From Chara braunii (taxonomy: Eukaryota > Plantae > Charophyceae): a DNA stretch of 61,395 bases. Numbering within the stretch: the first letter of the stretch is position 1; every line of letters begins with the position of its first letter. Shown here piece by piece: positions 49,694-61,395 of the stretch. The DNA is taken from assembly GCA_003427395.1 (NCBI GenBank), contig BFEA01000033.1, positions 1,765,781 through 1,827,175 of the forward strand. Reading direction: 5' to 3'. Below the pieces are notes generated by a model. That model searched no databases. It saw only the letters and a list, made by a program, of their open reading frames with translations, and was not told the origin of the DNA. The translations under genes were made by a program, and so were the position numbers.

Positions 49694-51437
49694 TCCTATG
49701 ATTCTGGTTGTTTGTTATTTGAAGACCAACACTCACTCACATAGACTTCCAGATATGCCCATACATACACAAAACGAAGGGGAGAGGATAGGAGTATCAC
49801 ACCGCACAGGGAGAGATAAACACAACGGAAGACTTGATCATGCGATATGACAGGGTACACTGAAAGTGCAATTCACTGCACTCAATCCTCACAACCAGTC
49901 ATAAAGAAAAGTCAAGTAGATCACATCCAAGAAACAATGCAACGATGATAGCCCAAACCCAGTATCACACTGTTTATTAAACTCAAAGTCTCGAATTGCC
50001 AGGATAACCTTAGATCTACAATGCGCTGCTAAAAAATGAGCAGCACCACACTCCCCAACCCTGAGTAGCCACCCGTAACACCCCTGAGCCCATGAAACAT
50101 CAAGCGCCACCCAAGTACTGCCTCTAGAAGGTAGCGCCACCCTGAAACAGGCCTCTGAGGCCAAGCGCCACTCAGAGGATGAAGAAGAATACCAGCGCCA
50201 CAGTATCTGATGATGACGAAGTGTCGGAAGACTCCCCGAGTGACACAAGCGGTTATCGGGTAGCTGAAAATTCAGGAATGAAAATTCTGAAGTGAGAGTT
50301 TTGGACAGTCTGAAAATCATGAATGGACCTGAAGTGGTGAAAGGTCCGAAGACCCTGAAAACCACCTGTTTAGGCAGGCTGCATCCTGAAGTGGTGAAGG
50401 GTGTCCTGAAGTGGTCAAGTGAGATTTTTGGGCAGTCTGAAAATCCTGAATGGTCCTGAAGTGGTGAAAGGTCCGAAGACCATGAAAACCACCCTTCACC
50501 ACTTGAGGATGCAGCCTGCCTAAACAGGTGGTTTTCAGGGTCTTCGGAGCTTTCACTACTTCAGGACCATTCAGGATTTTCAAACCTGAATGGTCCTAAG
50601 GTGGTGAAAGGTTCGAAGACTCTGAAAACCACCTGTTTAGATAGGCTGCATCCTAAAGTGGTGAAGGGTGTCCTGAAGTGGTGATGAAAAATACGACTGT
50701 TGTTAACGTTCTCTCCCAAGTGGAAGTCTGCAGAAGCGCCACCAAATCCTGACAAGATGACCTCTGATGAAGAAGATGCAGCTATGGTTGCAACACCATA
50801 GCCCTTTGAACCCACTCCGGAGGAGGGTCCAACATGGCACCAACTTCTCTCGCCTCCAACAGACGTCGATAACCCAGACCTCTGACAACCCCGCGTGCTG
50901 GCAGAGTACAGCGCAGGTCCCAGCCATGGTCGGCGCTCCTAAGGCCTGGCTATGTATGTCTCTCACAACGCTGAGCCGCCACCACTTCCGGTTCACGCAT
51001 AGCGCAACAGCGATGTACTCGGTACCAACTGCCAAAAACCCTGAACCGAGGGGCCCATCCTATCTATAGTTCTACGCTAGCCTGGACTCGACCTAGACCA
51101 GACTGACTGACCGACCGGTGTCGTTTCCGTTTTGGCCTCTCAGCCTCTACTTTACCCGGCTATAGGCTATAGAACCGTCTATCAGCATAGGCCTTTAGGG
51201 CCTGTCTATCCTAGGGGTAGCCCGTGCCTGCTACTCGCAGTGAGGATAGCTAAAGGAAACTCAGTTAATAGAGGCCTATATTTTTCCATATTTACAAATA
51301 TGTCCCTCATGAATTTTCCTTACAGGCAGGTCACTCGGTTAGTCCTCAACGAAACAAAATTACGAATCTGTCCTACCTATGGTACAACCTCGACAGAGAG
51401 AGGCTACAGGCAACCAGAAACAGCAAGTCATTGCACA
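49694..51437 (-). repeat. 5' LTR (contains ~470 bp absent from the 3' LTR)
   Basis: Homologous to 38927-40197. It begins TG on the minus strand at 51437 and has an extra segment at 50243-50714. Confidence 0.88.
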
Positions 51438-53673
51438 TACATCATATTTGAATCCAACACAACAGCGGGCCTGCGATGGTTCACACACGATGCCCTCCTG
51501 GACCTGCAACTACTTAAAATCAGACGTGGGGGGATCTGGTCTTTGGAAGGTACATATTGCGTCCTATGCACACTTATCAGAAATGACATCATTCCGGGGA
51601 CTCCGAACTTCGACCTTGAACAACTGTGATGGAACCAAATATGGGAGGGCAACAACAGGGACTGGGGTCAGCCAAGGCAATGGATACAGTCCGTGTGTTA
51701 TACGGAAAAGACATGGAGTGGTCTCAAAGCACGCGGGAAACAGATATTAAATGTCAACGGGCTTGCCTCAGCAGGTCCAGAGAAGCAGTAAGCCATCTGG
51801 GACCAGCTGAGAGGAGTAGCCGGCAAGGACTAGCCAGATGTGGTGTGTATACAGGAAACACACCTGATGGACACTGCAGACCATAACAGACCACATAAGA
51901 AGATATGGCTATATCAAGGATTCGGTGCCCATGCCCCCCCGTCGGGCATTGCGGGGGTTGCCGTCTGGATCCCCCCCCGATCGGAAGTAAATCCACTTCA
52001 TTGGGTAGTAGATGAAGAGGAGGGCAAATGGATTTCAATCCTGGCAGCATTAGAACTAGAAGTGGTTGCCATACACTGCATCTACGCCCCCAGTGAAGTA
52101 GCTGCAAGAAAACCTTCCTGGATAAAATTCAAACACAGATCCCGAAAGGCCTCCTAGTCATCACAACCAGGGACTTCAACACTGCCCCCGACAGATGGCT
52201 GGACAAAAGAATGCCTCACCTTCCTGTGTCCAACATACATTGAGGAGGATGAACGCCTGATCACACAATTCAGCCAGTCGGTCCAACTCTTTTATATATC
52301 CCGCTGATCCCACTGCAATAAACAGACATACACATGCCACAGAAACCAGGATCAAACCAGCACACACGCTCCCGTATTAATCTGGTCCTTGCATCAGAAA
52401 ACGTTGAAGCAGCTCTGCAACTAGCGAAAATCTTTCTGCTCAGTCCATATCCAGACCTCGACCATTCCATGAGTGCAGTGCTCCTTTCCCTCCAGAAAAA
52501 AAAAACAGACCAAGGCCCCGAAAAAACAGACCAAGGCCTCTAAAAAACAGACCAAGGACTGGACCATTTCATGAGGCAAACTTAAAAAAGCAAACGACAA
52601 AAAATCTCATGATTTATTTTTGCCATGACCAAACACAGGATCATACGGACTACCATCGAAGCTCTAACGAAGTCCGATAAACAATAGCCATAGCAAGGGA
52701 ATTCTTTAAGGAACTATTCACATCCACCACCGCGAATAGGGGCAAGGAGGTAAGGCAGAGAGAGATAGAAGAGTTCCTCCAACCATTGCAGACGACTCTC
52801 ACAAACAAACAGAGCGAGGCCTTGGAGGCTCCCTTGGCTACATCAGAGATCTGGACAACCCTCATGGGCATAAACGAGGAAAAAAACCCGGAATCGTTTG
52901 ATTACCCAAATAACTTTGGGAAACCTTCTGGGAACGGCTCTCGCCAGATCTCATGGGTTAGTACCAAAAAGTTTGGAATACCGGACGCATTGGGAAGTTT
53001 GCAGGACAGGGGTCCTCACCCTTCTCTAGAAAAAAGGGGACAAATGAACATTAAGAACGATCGGCCAATCACCTTACTTACCGCGGTCTACAAGATGCTG
53101 ACAAAGACACTTGCCAATCAGATGTTAGAGGTCATGGAAGACATTATCCACCCAGCAGAAATTGGGTTTATTAAGAAGAAATACATACAAGAACCTCTTG
53201 GTTAATGAAACGATTAAACTGTCACAACAATCACAGCAATATGCGGCCCTCATCGTTATACAGTTCGAAAAGGCCTACAACCACCTCGATCGACTCTTCT
53301 TAGGCAAGTGTTTGGAGAAAATGAACTTCGCCCACCACTTTTGATGATGGGTGACCATACTTCATGAAAACGCAACCATGCGAGTACAGATAAATGGGAA
53401 CCTGGCCCCAACCATCCCATTACAATGATCAGTCCAACAGGATGACCCCATTGCTCCCTTCTTGTTTGTAATCGTGATGGAGGTCCTAGTCGCGAGCCTG
53501 CGAGCAAACAAGCACCTAAAAAATGTATTGGTCTCCTCAATCCCGGAGGAGGCCATACCAATCTGCTTACTATTCGCAGATGACTTAACCATAATGGCCA
53601 ACACTGCAGAGGAAAATATGATGAATATCAACACCTAACAGATAAATTATGTCTGCCCTCAGATATGGTTGTT
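51438..53673 (+). mobile_element. 3' piece of the second decayed L1-type LINE: end of ORF1, APE and RT
   Basis: LNVNGL, PDVVCIQETHL, GVAVWIP, IHCIYAP, RDFNT, SRINLVL, LDHS, NDRPITLLTAVYKMLTKTLAN, FEKAYN, QDDPIAPFLFVIVME, LLFADDL. It is truncated by the next LTR. Confidence 0.88.
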
Positions 53674-54776
53674 TGTGACAAACCCGTCGGGAAGGCGGTC
53701 TGTTAGGATTAAGACAAAGAGATGAGGATGGAGGAGATGGAGACGGATTTGGAAGGGACAACGCAACTCCAACACAAACTCAACACGCACGTACTCCAAA
53801 GTGTGCAAATGAAGAATGAATCAGAATATAGACTGCAGCTGGGGTATACCCCAGCGAACTGGCTGGACTGGACTGGACTGGACTGGTACCGACAGTGGTA
53901 CCAGGCAGGACTGGACTAGACTGAAACAACACACGGCCTGTGGGGTCAGGCCACGGCCTGGTCCCACAGGCCGAACTGGCAAATAACCTAATAGGCCCTG
54001 GTTGTAGGCCAGGGCAGATAGAGGCCCGCTGCACGATCCTCAGACCTGTAATGGATCGCAAGAACCATAAACATGCTATCCGCAAAAGCAGTGAAACTCT
54101 GCAATAAAGAAATATGAGAAATCTAGGATGCGGAGCACTCTCCATCCGGAGTACATGCGATGCAGCCTAAGCTATATAATGTCAACTGAAAAACAAATGT
54201 CTGGTATACACATCCTAACTATCAACAGAAAATGAAATGTAGCATGATACAATCCTGAAGTCCTAGAGGCAATGACCTCAGTGCGGAAAGGGGAAAGAAC
54301 AATATGTCACAAGTAATGTTATGTCGTTGAACCACTAAGAGTGGGATGGTCTCAGAGGAGGTGAATGCAGCCTAAGAATCGAAACTCCTAAGGGCAGTCA
54401 CACACGAAGGTGGGATAGCTCATCAGGCTCAAGGAGGGAAAATGGTTGCGAAACAAAACCAATGACCCTATGTAGCAGACCTCTGGTTGGCCTGTGAGAC
54501 CAGACCCTTGGCCTGTTCTCACAGGTCTGTGTTGTATTCAAGGTAGTCCAATCGAGGTCGGTACCTCTGTCGGGACCAGCCAGTCCAGTCCAATCCAGTC
54601 AGTCTGTTGGGGTATACCCCAACTAGAGTCTGTATTTTGGGTCATTCTACATTCGCACCGTTTGGAGTACATGCGTTCGAGTCTCGCATGGGAGCAGCGT
54701 TGTGCCTTGCTCCACCCTCATCCTCCATCTCCATCTCTATCCCAGGCAGAGCACCTCACCCGGTGGGTCCGCCACA
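53674..54776 (+). repeat. LTR (TG...CA) whose two ends form ~300-bp diverged inverted repeats
   Basis: Starts tgtgacaaacccgtcggg and ends cccggtgggtccgccaca. 53674-53972 is the diverged reverse complement of ~54489-54776. A PBS follows. Confidence 0.7.
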
Positions 54777-54777
54777 C

Positions 54778-54789
54778 TGGTATCAGAGT
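54778..54789 (+). promoter_or_regulatory. Primer-binding site (tRNA-iMet)
   Basis: TGGTATCAGAGT, one nucleotide after the terminal CA. Confidence 0.8.
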
Positions 54790-55881
54790 GGGAACGTTCC
54801 CCGCTCCCACCCACCACACCGCATAGTAGGAAACACTGCAAAACCCGACACTGTTTTTTTTGGCTGTTTTTCGGCCGTTTGCAGTGAAAAACAATGGGAA
54901 AGCGTGAAGAAAGGTGCAAAAAGGAACAAGTGACACGTGGCGAGAAAAGAGAGACAGGGATTATTATGTGGCGGCCAACGTCGCATAACACGCACACGCA
55001 CACGCACGCGTCACATGCCCACACTGCCCCGCTCTCCCCCGCCCCCAGATTAGTTATATCAAGATCTGGGATGCATGCTACTGCCAGGGTCTGCACCTGG
55101 GAAGCTGCTGGTCATGCGCGTGCGTGGCTGCTGCTATAACACATTGGCCACAATGTGTGTATGGCTTTGTACTGCGGCACGCTGGTGTTGAAAAAGTGAT
55201 GTGCCAACTATGTAGCCCCTCCCCCCGAACCTCCCGCAGCGGCGAGCAGCGGCCAGCAGGGCAGCAAGGGACGACCTGCTATTCCCCTCCTCCCCGCCCC
55301 CCCCCCCGGGGCTGCTGCTGCCTGCGCACATGGCCATCTACAATGCCACGTGGCAGCTTGCTGTGGAGCTGAAGACCCCACTGATCAGGGGGCTGCTCTA
55401 CATTGGTGAGGGTCTGCTCACACGACATACCCTGGATCTGCAGTACTGCTGCTAGGGGATGGTCATGATCTCAACCCCCTCTCTCCTCCAGCTGGCTTGC
55501 TGCAGCGAAGGCCAAGACCCTCCTGGTCTTGGTATACCTTGTGCCCTTGGAGACACCAAGGGCCAGGTATCAGCTCCCCCTTCCCTCTCCCTACTAATCC
55601 ACTTTCTCTACCTTTTCTCTCTCCTCTTCCTCACCCCCTCTACTTCTTCCTCTTCTACCTCACTCACTTCCCTCTAATCACTTTCACTACTCATACCCGT
55701 CTCCCCACCTTTCTCAACTTTATCCTTCTCCCCTTCTTATTTCACTCCTCAACCCCTTTTTCCCCCCCCACCTTCCACTACCTCGTTCCCTTCCTCTTTT
55801 TACCTTCCCCACCCCACCTTTTCTCCCACCACCCATTATTTTACTCTATTTTATTCATTTATATATATTTTTTTCCTCCTC

Positions 55882-56358
55882 TGTAACGAGCGTGAGACTG
55901 AGGGTGAGCCGAGGGAGAGGAGAGAGAGGGAGAGAGTGAGAGCACACACACACACTCACTCACTCGACTCGACGGACTCGGACTGAGGATCGGACGCAGA
56001 CACAGTGGTAAGGCACAAAGTGGAAGTCTTGGATTCCGAATGCCGAAACAGCAAGTCACACTGAGTACGAGTACAGCAGCAGAGAACTGGTACGAGACTG
56101 CCCCCCGTACCGTACGGGGAGCCGGTATAAGTACCGGTGACACGTACGGTACCAGGGGCATTTCTGCAAAGGCCCCGAGGGCAGAACTGAAAAATGCAGT
56201 ATTTGAAAGTGGCGCCCGAATCGCAGCATGGCGCCAGTTGTCCAAAATCCTATGGTACCAAAGGAGGGGTTTGGAAAAAGGGTGNCAGGCCGANAACGGG
56301 ATGCAGCCNAAACAGCAAAAGATAGACCAGGGATCGAGCCATGGCGAAGTCCGTAACA
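55882..56358 (-). repeat. Probable 3' LTR (477 bp)
   Basis: Bounded by tgtaacg...cgtaaca and adjacent to the PPT (minus strand agagggaggggatag, 56359-56373). The partner LTR is not in the window. Confidence 0.75.
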
Positions 56359-56694
56359 CTATCCCCTCCCTCTAGAAGGCAACGTCCCGGCTGCCAAAAA
56401 TCATGAAGCAATGCTGAAATCTGTGAAGGACGGGACGGGGCCGATCACTGGTTAACAAGTTGAAAGGGAAGAGGGGTATAATGTGGGTGGCATGGGCTGC
56501 GGGAGTAAGAGGGAACAGGGTTTGGTACCGGTGAACAAAGTTGTCCAACTGATGAACTAGGGGGGGTTGGAAGGAACAGGGTAGTCCTACAAATGAACTA
56601 AAGGGAAGATAGGGAGCAGGGTGGTCCTATTGATGAACTAAGGGGACTGCATGGTTCGCTATAGGTTAAGGGGGAACAGAGTTCANGGAACAGG

Positions 56695-56810
56695 GAACTT
56701 CTATTGATGTTCTACTGGGTAAGGGAAACGGTGTTCAGGAAAACAGGGTATTTCTATTGATGTTCTACTGGGTAAGGGAAACGGTGTTCAGGAAAACAGG
56801 GAATTTCTAT
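56695..56810. repeat. ~53-bp tandem repeat running into the N-gap
   Basis: ctattgatgttctactgggtaagggaaacggtgttcaggaaaacaggg occurs twice, with diverged copies upstream. Confidence 0.8.
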
Positions 56811-57691
56811 NNNNNNNNNNNNNNNNNNNNNNNNNNNNNNNNNNNNNNNNNNNNNNNNNNNNNNNNNNNNNNNNNNNNNNNNNNNNNNNNNNNNNNNNNN
56901 NNNNNNNNNNNNNNNNNNNNNNNNNNNNNNNNNNNNNNNNNNNNNNNNNNNNNNNNNNNNNNNNNNNNNNNNNNNNNNNNNNNNNNNNNNNNNNNNNNNN
57001 NNNNNNNNNNNNNNNNNNNNNNNNNNNNNNNNNNNNNNNNNNNNNNNNNNNNNNNNNNNNNNNNNNNNNNNNNNNNNNNNNNNNNNNNNNNNNNNNNNNN
57101 NNNNNNNNNNNNNNNNNNNNNNNNNNNNNNNNNNNNNNNNNNNNNNNNNNNNNNNNNNNNNNNNNNNNNNNNNNNNNNNNNNNNNNNNNNNNNNNNNNNN
57201 NNNNNNNNNNNNNNNNNNNNNNNNNNNNNNNNNNNNNNNNNNNNNNNNNNNNNNNNNNNNNNNNNNNNNNNNNNNNNNNNNNNNNNNNNNNNNNNNNNNN
57301 NNNNNNNNNNNNNNNNNNNNNNNNNNNNNNNNNNNNNNNNNNNNNNNNNNNNNNNNNNNNNNNNNNNNNNNNNNNNNNNNNNNNNNNNNNNNNNNNNNNN
57401 NNNNNNNNNNNNNNNNNNNNNNNNNNNNNNNNNNNNNNNNNNNNNNNNNNNNNNNNNNNNNNNNNNNNNNNNNNNNNNNNNNNNNNNNNNNNNNNNNNNN
57501 NNNNNNNNNNNNNNNNNNNNNNNNNNNNNNNNNNNNNNNNNNNNNNNNNNNNNNNNNNNNNNNNNNNNNNNNNNNNNNNNNNNNNNNNNNNNNNNNNNNN
57601 NNNNNNNNNNNNNNNNNNNNNNNNNNNNNNNNNNNNNNNNNNNNNNNNNNNNNNNNNNNNNNNNNNNNNNNNNNNNNNNNNNNNNNNNNNC

Positions 57692-60600
57692 ACGATCATA
57701 GGCGCGGACAAGTTTCATGGCGTTCTTAAGATTAGAGAGAGGTTCCCATGTAGATTCTTCGTTGGGGTATCCGGTCCATTTGACTTTGTATTCAGTGATT
57801 GGTTCCAGATGATCAGATACCTGAGTGGTTCGTCGGCCGATGATGGTTTCGATAACGAATTCAGGGCCTGTGGGTAGCATGATTGGTGAAGGTCTAGGAT
57901 ATGGGTGGTCGCCGAACTGGAGCGGGGATTCATGGTATTCTTTTAGGTACTCGACATGGAAGACTGGGTGGACACGACTCATGTCAGGGGGGAGTTGGAG
58001 TTTGTAGTTGACGGTGGAGGTTTGTTCAATGATGGGGAAGGGACCGAGCCACTTGTTCGAGAGTTTCTTGGACAAGCCTTGTTCGGGTTCAAAGCGTTTG
58101 GTAGAAAGCCAGACTTTGTCCCCTACTTTCAATGACACGTCACGTCTGTGTTTGTTAGTCTTGTTGGCTTGTTGTTCTTGTGTTCTTTCAAGGGCTTCGG
58201 TTGCTTCTCTGAGGAGTCTGTTCATTGTTCCTATCCATTCATTGAGAGGGGGCAAGGGGTGGAGGGGCTGAGCTGCGAGGGAAGCAAGAAATCAGAGCGC
58301 AAGCGGGGATGGTAGCCAAGGTCGAGGTAGAAAGGGGACATGCCAGTGGAGGGGCAGACAGCATTGTTGTAGGCAATTTCGGCAGCTGTGAGCAACTGAT
58401 CCCAATCGTGTTGGTGTGGATGACAATACTTCCGCAGGATTCTTTGGAGTGTATCGTTCATCTTCTCTGTTTGTCCATCGGTCTGTGGGTGGAATGCAGT
58501 GCTATACTTGAGCNTGGTTCCGTAGGCCGTGAAGAGGTGTTTCCAGAATTGTGAGAGGAAGCGAGGATCACGGTCACTGATGATGTTCTCGGGGAGGCCG
58601 TGATGGCGAGCAACATGGTCGAAGAAGAGTGTGGCAACGTCTTTGGCATTGTGCGAGGTCGTGCAAGGGATGAAGTGGGCACATTTGGTCAAGCGGCAGA
58701 CAATGACGTAGATGCAATCATGCCCGCGGTAGGTCTTGGGGAGGCCGCACATGAAGTCCATGGAGATGGACTGCCATCGGTGAGTTGGGATGGACAATGA
58801 TTGGAGCTTGCCGGGTTTGGCCCGGTTCGAGGGGTTGACAGCTTGACACGTGGGGCACGAGCGAATGTATGCCTTAACGTCGGCGAGTAGGGAAGGCCAG
58901 TAGAAGTAGCGGGACATGGTGTCGAAGGTCTTCTGGAAACCGAGATGTCCTGCGGTCTTGGCGTCGTGGTGCTCGGCCAACAGCTGAATACGGAGGCCTC
59001 GTGAGTCGGGGATGCAAAGTCGGCGAGTGCCTTTGGTATCGATGTAGAGGAGATTGTTGTGAAGGGAGTAGTCGGGAACAAAGTCAAGATCGCGGAGCTT
59101 GTTGTAAATGGTGGCGAAGTCTGGGCAGGAAAGATAACCTTGGGTGTATCGATGATGAAGCGATGAAAGGAGTTGAATATGAGTCATGGTGGCGTAGACT
59201 TTCTCGGGGGGCTTGTGGTCGGGTCGTCGCGAGAGGGCATCGACAACGCGGTTGCTTTTGCCGGGGGTATGGCAAATGGTGAATGTGAACTGGGCAAGGA
59301 AGTCTAGCCAGCGGGCTTGGCGTGGAGTGATATCTTTCTTGGAGAGGATGGAGGAGACGATGGGGGAGACGATGGTGTTGTCAGTGCGGATGGTGAAGTA
59401 TTGCCCGTCGAGGTACGGGCGCCAGACTGTGAGGGCGTGAATCACGGCGAGGAGTTCCTTCTCGTTGGAGGGGTAATTCATCTCCGCGGGAAGGAGCTTC
59501 TTGCTTGCGAAGGCGATAGGGTATTCGCCAGGTGGAGCCTCGGGGTGAGTGGGCGAGTCCTTGATGGAGGGGGTCTCGGCGGTGTGCCGGGGGAAATGTT
59601 GGGACAGTACGGCTCCGATGGCGAAGTCGGAGGCGTCAGTGGTGACATAGAAATGGTGAGTGGGGTCGGCGATCTTGAGGACAGGGGCCGTGGTGATCGT
59701 TTGCTTGAGTAAGTCGAAAGCTTGTTGGCGGCGATCGTTCCAATGGAAAGGCTCGTCCTTGCGGGTGAGTTCGTGGAGAGGGTAAGAGATCTCGGAGAAG
59801 TTGCGAATGAACGGGCGGTAATAGTTGGCAAGGCCAAGGAAGGAACGGAGTTGGAGGAGGGTCTTGGTGGGGGGTACTCGACGAGGGCTGTGACCTTTGA
59901 GGGGTCCATACGGATGCCTTCAGCGGAGACAATATGGCCGAGGTATTCGACGCTCGAAGCGGCAAACGTACATTTGCTGAGCTTGGCGTAGAATTTTTGC
60001 TCTCGGAGGATCGCGAGGACTTGGCGGAGGTGCTGAAGGTGGGACTCGAAGGTGTGGCTGAAGACAAGGATGTCATCAAGGTAGACAACGACACAGATTT
60101 CGAGGAGGTTGCGGAAGATGTGGTTCATGGTGGATTGGAAGGTAGCGGGGGCATTGGTGAGTCCGAATGGCATCATGAGGAGCTCGTAGTGCCCGAACCG
60201 AGAGCGGAAGGCGGTCTTGTGGGTGTCCTCCTCGCGGATACGGATCTGGTGGAAGCCACTACGAAGGTAGATCTTGGTAAAGTACTTGGCTTCACGGAGA
60301 CGATCAAGGAGCTCGGAAATCCGAGGTAGGGGGTACTTGTTCTTGATCGTGATCCGGTTCAAGGCGCGGTAGTCTGTGCACATGCGGAGCTCCGAAGTTC
60401 CACCTTTCTTGACGGAAAGGCAGCTGGTTCCGAAGGGGGATGAANTTGGCTTAATGAACCCTTTTTCAAGGAGTTCACCGAGTTGCCGTTTCATTTCTTC
60501 GGCTTCGGGGACAGAGAGTTGNTATGGAGGGCGGCAAGGTGGAGAATGTCCGGGTTCCAAATCGATGGTATGCGATACGCCACAATCCGGAGGTAGTCCG

Positions 60601-61200
60601 GCGGGTAAGGACTCGGGAAAGACGTCCCTGAACTCGTCGAGGATTGAAGTGATGGCGGGGTTGGAGGGCGGGGCTTGATCGGGTTTGTCCGTCGGGAGTA
60701 AGTCCTTGGGACTTTCGCGATCAAGGACAAGACAGTAGTAGGCGGAGTCGGGGCTTAGGCGAGCCATGTGGAGGAATTGGTGCGAGGTGACGGAGCCTTG
60801 GGAGGTCGGATATGGGAGATAGGGGATGTCAATGGTTGTGTCGGGGGGGTTGGTGAGGCGAAGGAAGTTGGGGTGGAATGCGTATGGCATGTAGCGGTCC
60901 AGCCACGGGGATCCTAAGACGATGTCGCACATCAAGTGCATGACATCAAACGAGACCTGACTGCGGAGGGTTCCGACGGTCATGATAGCGGTCTACTACG
61001 GCGGCGGTGTCTTTGTCCCCTAGGCGAATCGTGATCGGGGAGTCGTAGCCGATAGAGGTAAGACCGGCTTTGCGGACACACGCGTCGGTGATGAAGTTAC
61101 CGGTGGCTCCAATGTCGAGGAGGGCCCGAAACTTAGTTGTAGACGCACCAAGGGTGGCAACGATGAATTTGAGGTGGAAACGAGAAGAGTTGGCGGTGGA
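57692..61200 (-). pseudogene. pol: Ty3/gypsy pol polyprotein with chromodomain (frameshifted)
   Basis: Protease ALLDIGAT (~61125). RT: LRMCTDYRALN, KTAFRSRFGHYE..MPFGLTNAPATFQ, YLDD. RNase H: NYPSNEKELLAV. Integrase: HHD..AGHLG..CPTCQ, ISMDF, ISDRD, HPQTDGQTE, KWLGPF. Chromodomain: EFVIETII..YKVKWTGYPNEESTWEP. Several frameshifts. Confidence 0.93.
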
Positions 61201-61395
61201 GATGATGGTGTTGAGGCGGCGTTGTTCGTTGCCTAAGTGGACAAGCCGATTGTGTCGGGCTTGTTCCTCAACAACATCGGAGAAGGTGATAGTGGATGCA
61301 TTTGGAGGAAGGGTAGAGGAGCATGAGGCAGTGGGAGGTGTTTGCGACGCCTGGGAATCGTCCGGTGGAGGGGGCGTCGCCGGAGAGGGGGAAGG

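Larger units (their letters stand above)
38927..51437 (-). mobile_element. Internally deleted Ty3/gypsy (chromovirus-like) LTR retrotransposon hosting a nested PLE
   Basis: Two homologous LTRs, a PBS, a PPT, and gag, RNase H, integrase and chromodomain remnants on the minus strand. Confidence 0.88.
55882..61395 (-). mobile_element. Ty3/gypsy chromovirus (3' portion; continues beyond the window)
   Basis: PR-RT-RH-INT-chromodomain order on the minus strand, a 3' untranslated region with tandem repeats and an N-gap, a PPT and a 3' LTR. Confidence 0.93.

Noticed and set aside
38921-51442. ttcat/tacat as the TSD of gypsy A
   Set aside because: It has one mismatch and the LTR's left terminus is degenerate, so the boundary cannot be fixed.

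Overview
Eukaryotic, repeat-dominated draft-assembly window with four N-gaps and many microsatellites. The TE repertoire and style suggest a streptophyte alga such as Chara, which is an inference only. One host gene is well supported: a two-exon A20/AN1 zinc-finger stress-associated protein, CDS join(25000..25085,26606..27218). The right half is a nest of retroelements. A decayed L1-type LINE is split by an internally deleted Ty3/gypsy chromovirus (~38927-51437). That chromovirus carries a Penelope-like element (43519-49147) with a Gag-like CCHC ORF, a GIY-YIG endonuclease N-terminal to the RT, ~345-bp direct terminal repeats each holding a minimal type I hammerhead ribozyme, and a 6-7 bp target-site duplication. 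A separate, canonical-looking type III hammerhead ribozyme with a degenerate tandem copy lies at ~37974-38098, outside any recognisable autonomous element. Further right are a foldback-structured LTR with a tRNA-Met PBS and a second Ty3/gypsy chromovirus running off the window. The left half holds MITEs inserted in (TA)n, tandem repeats, an L1 3' remnant, a decayed LSU rRNA fragment and a Nextera junction-adapter artefact.
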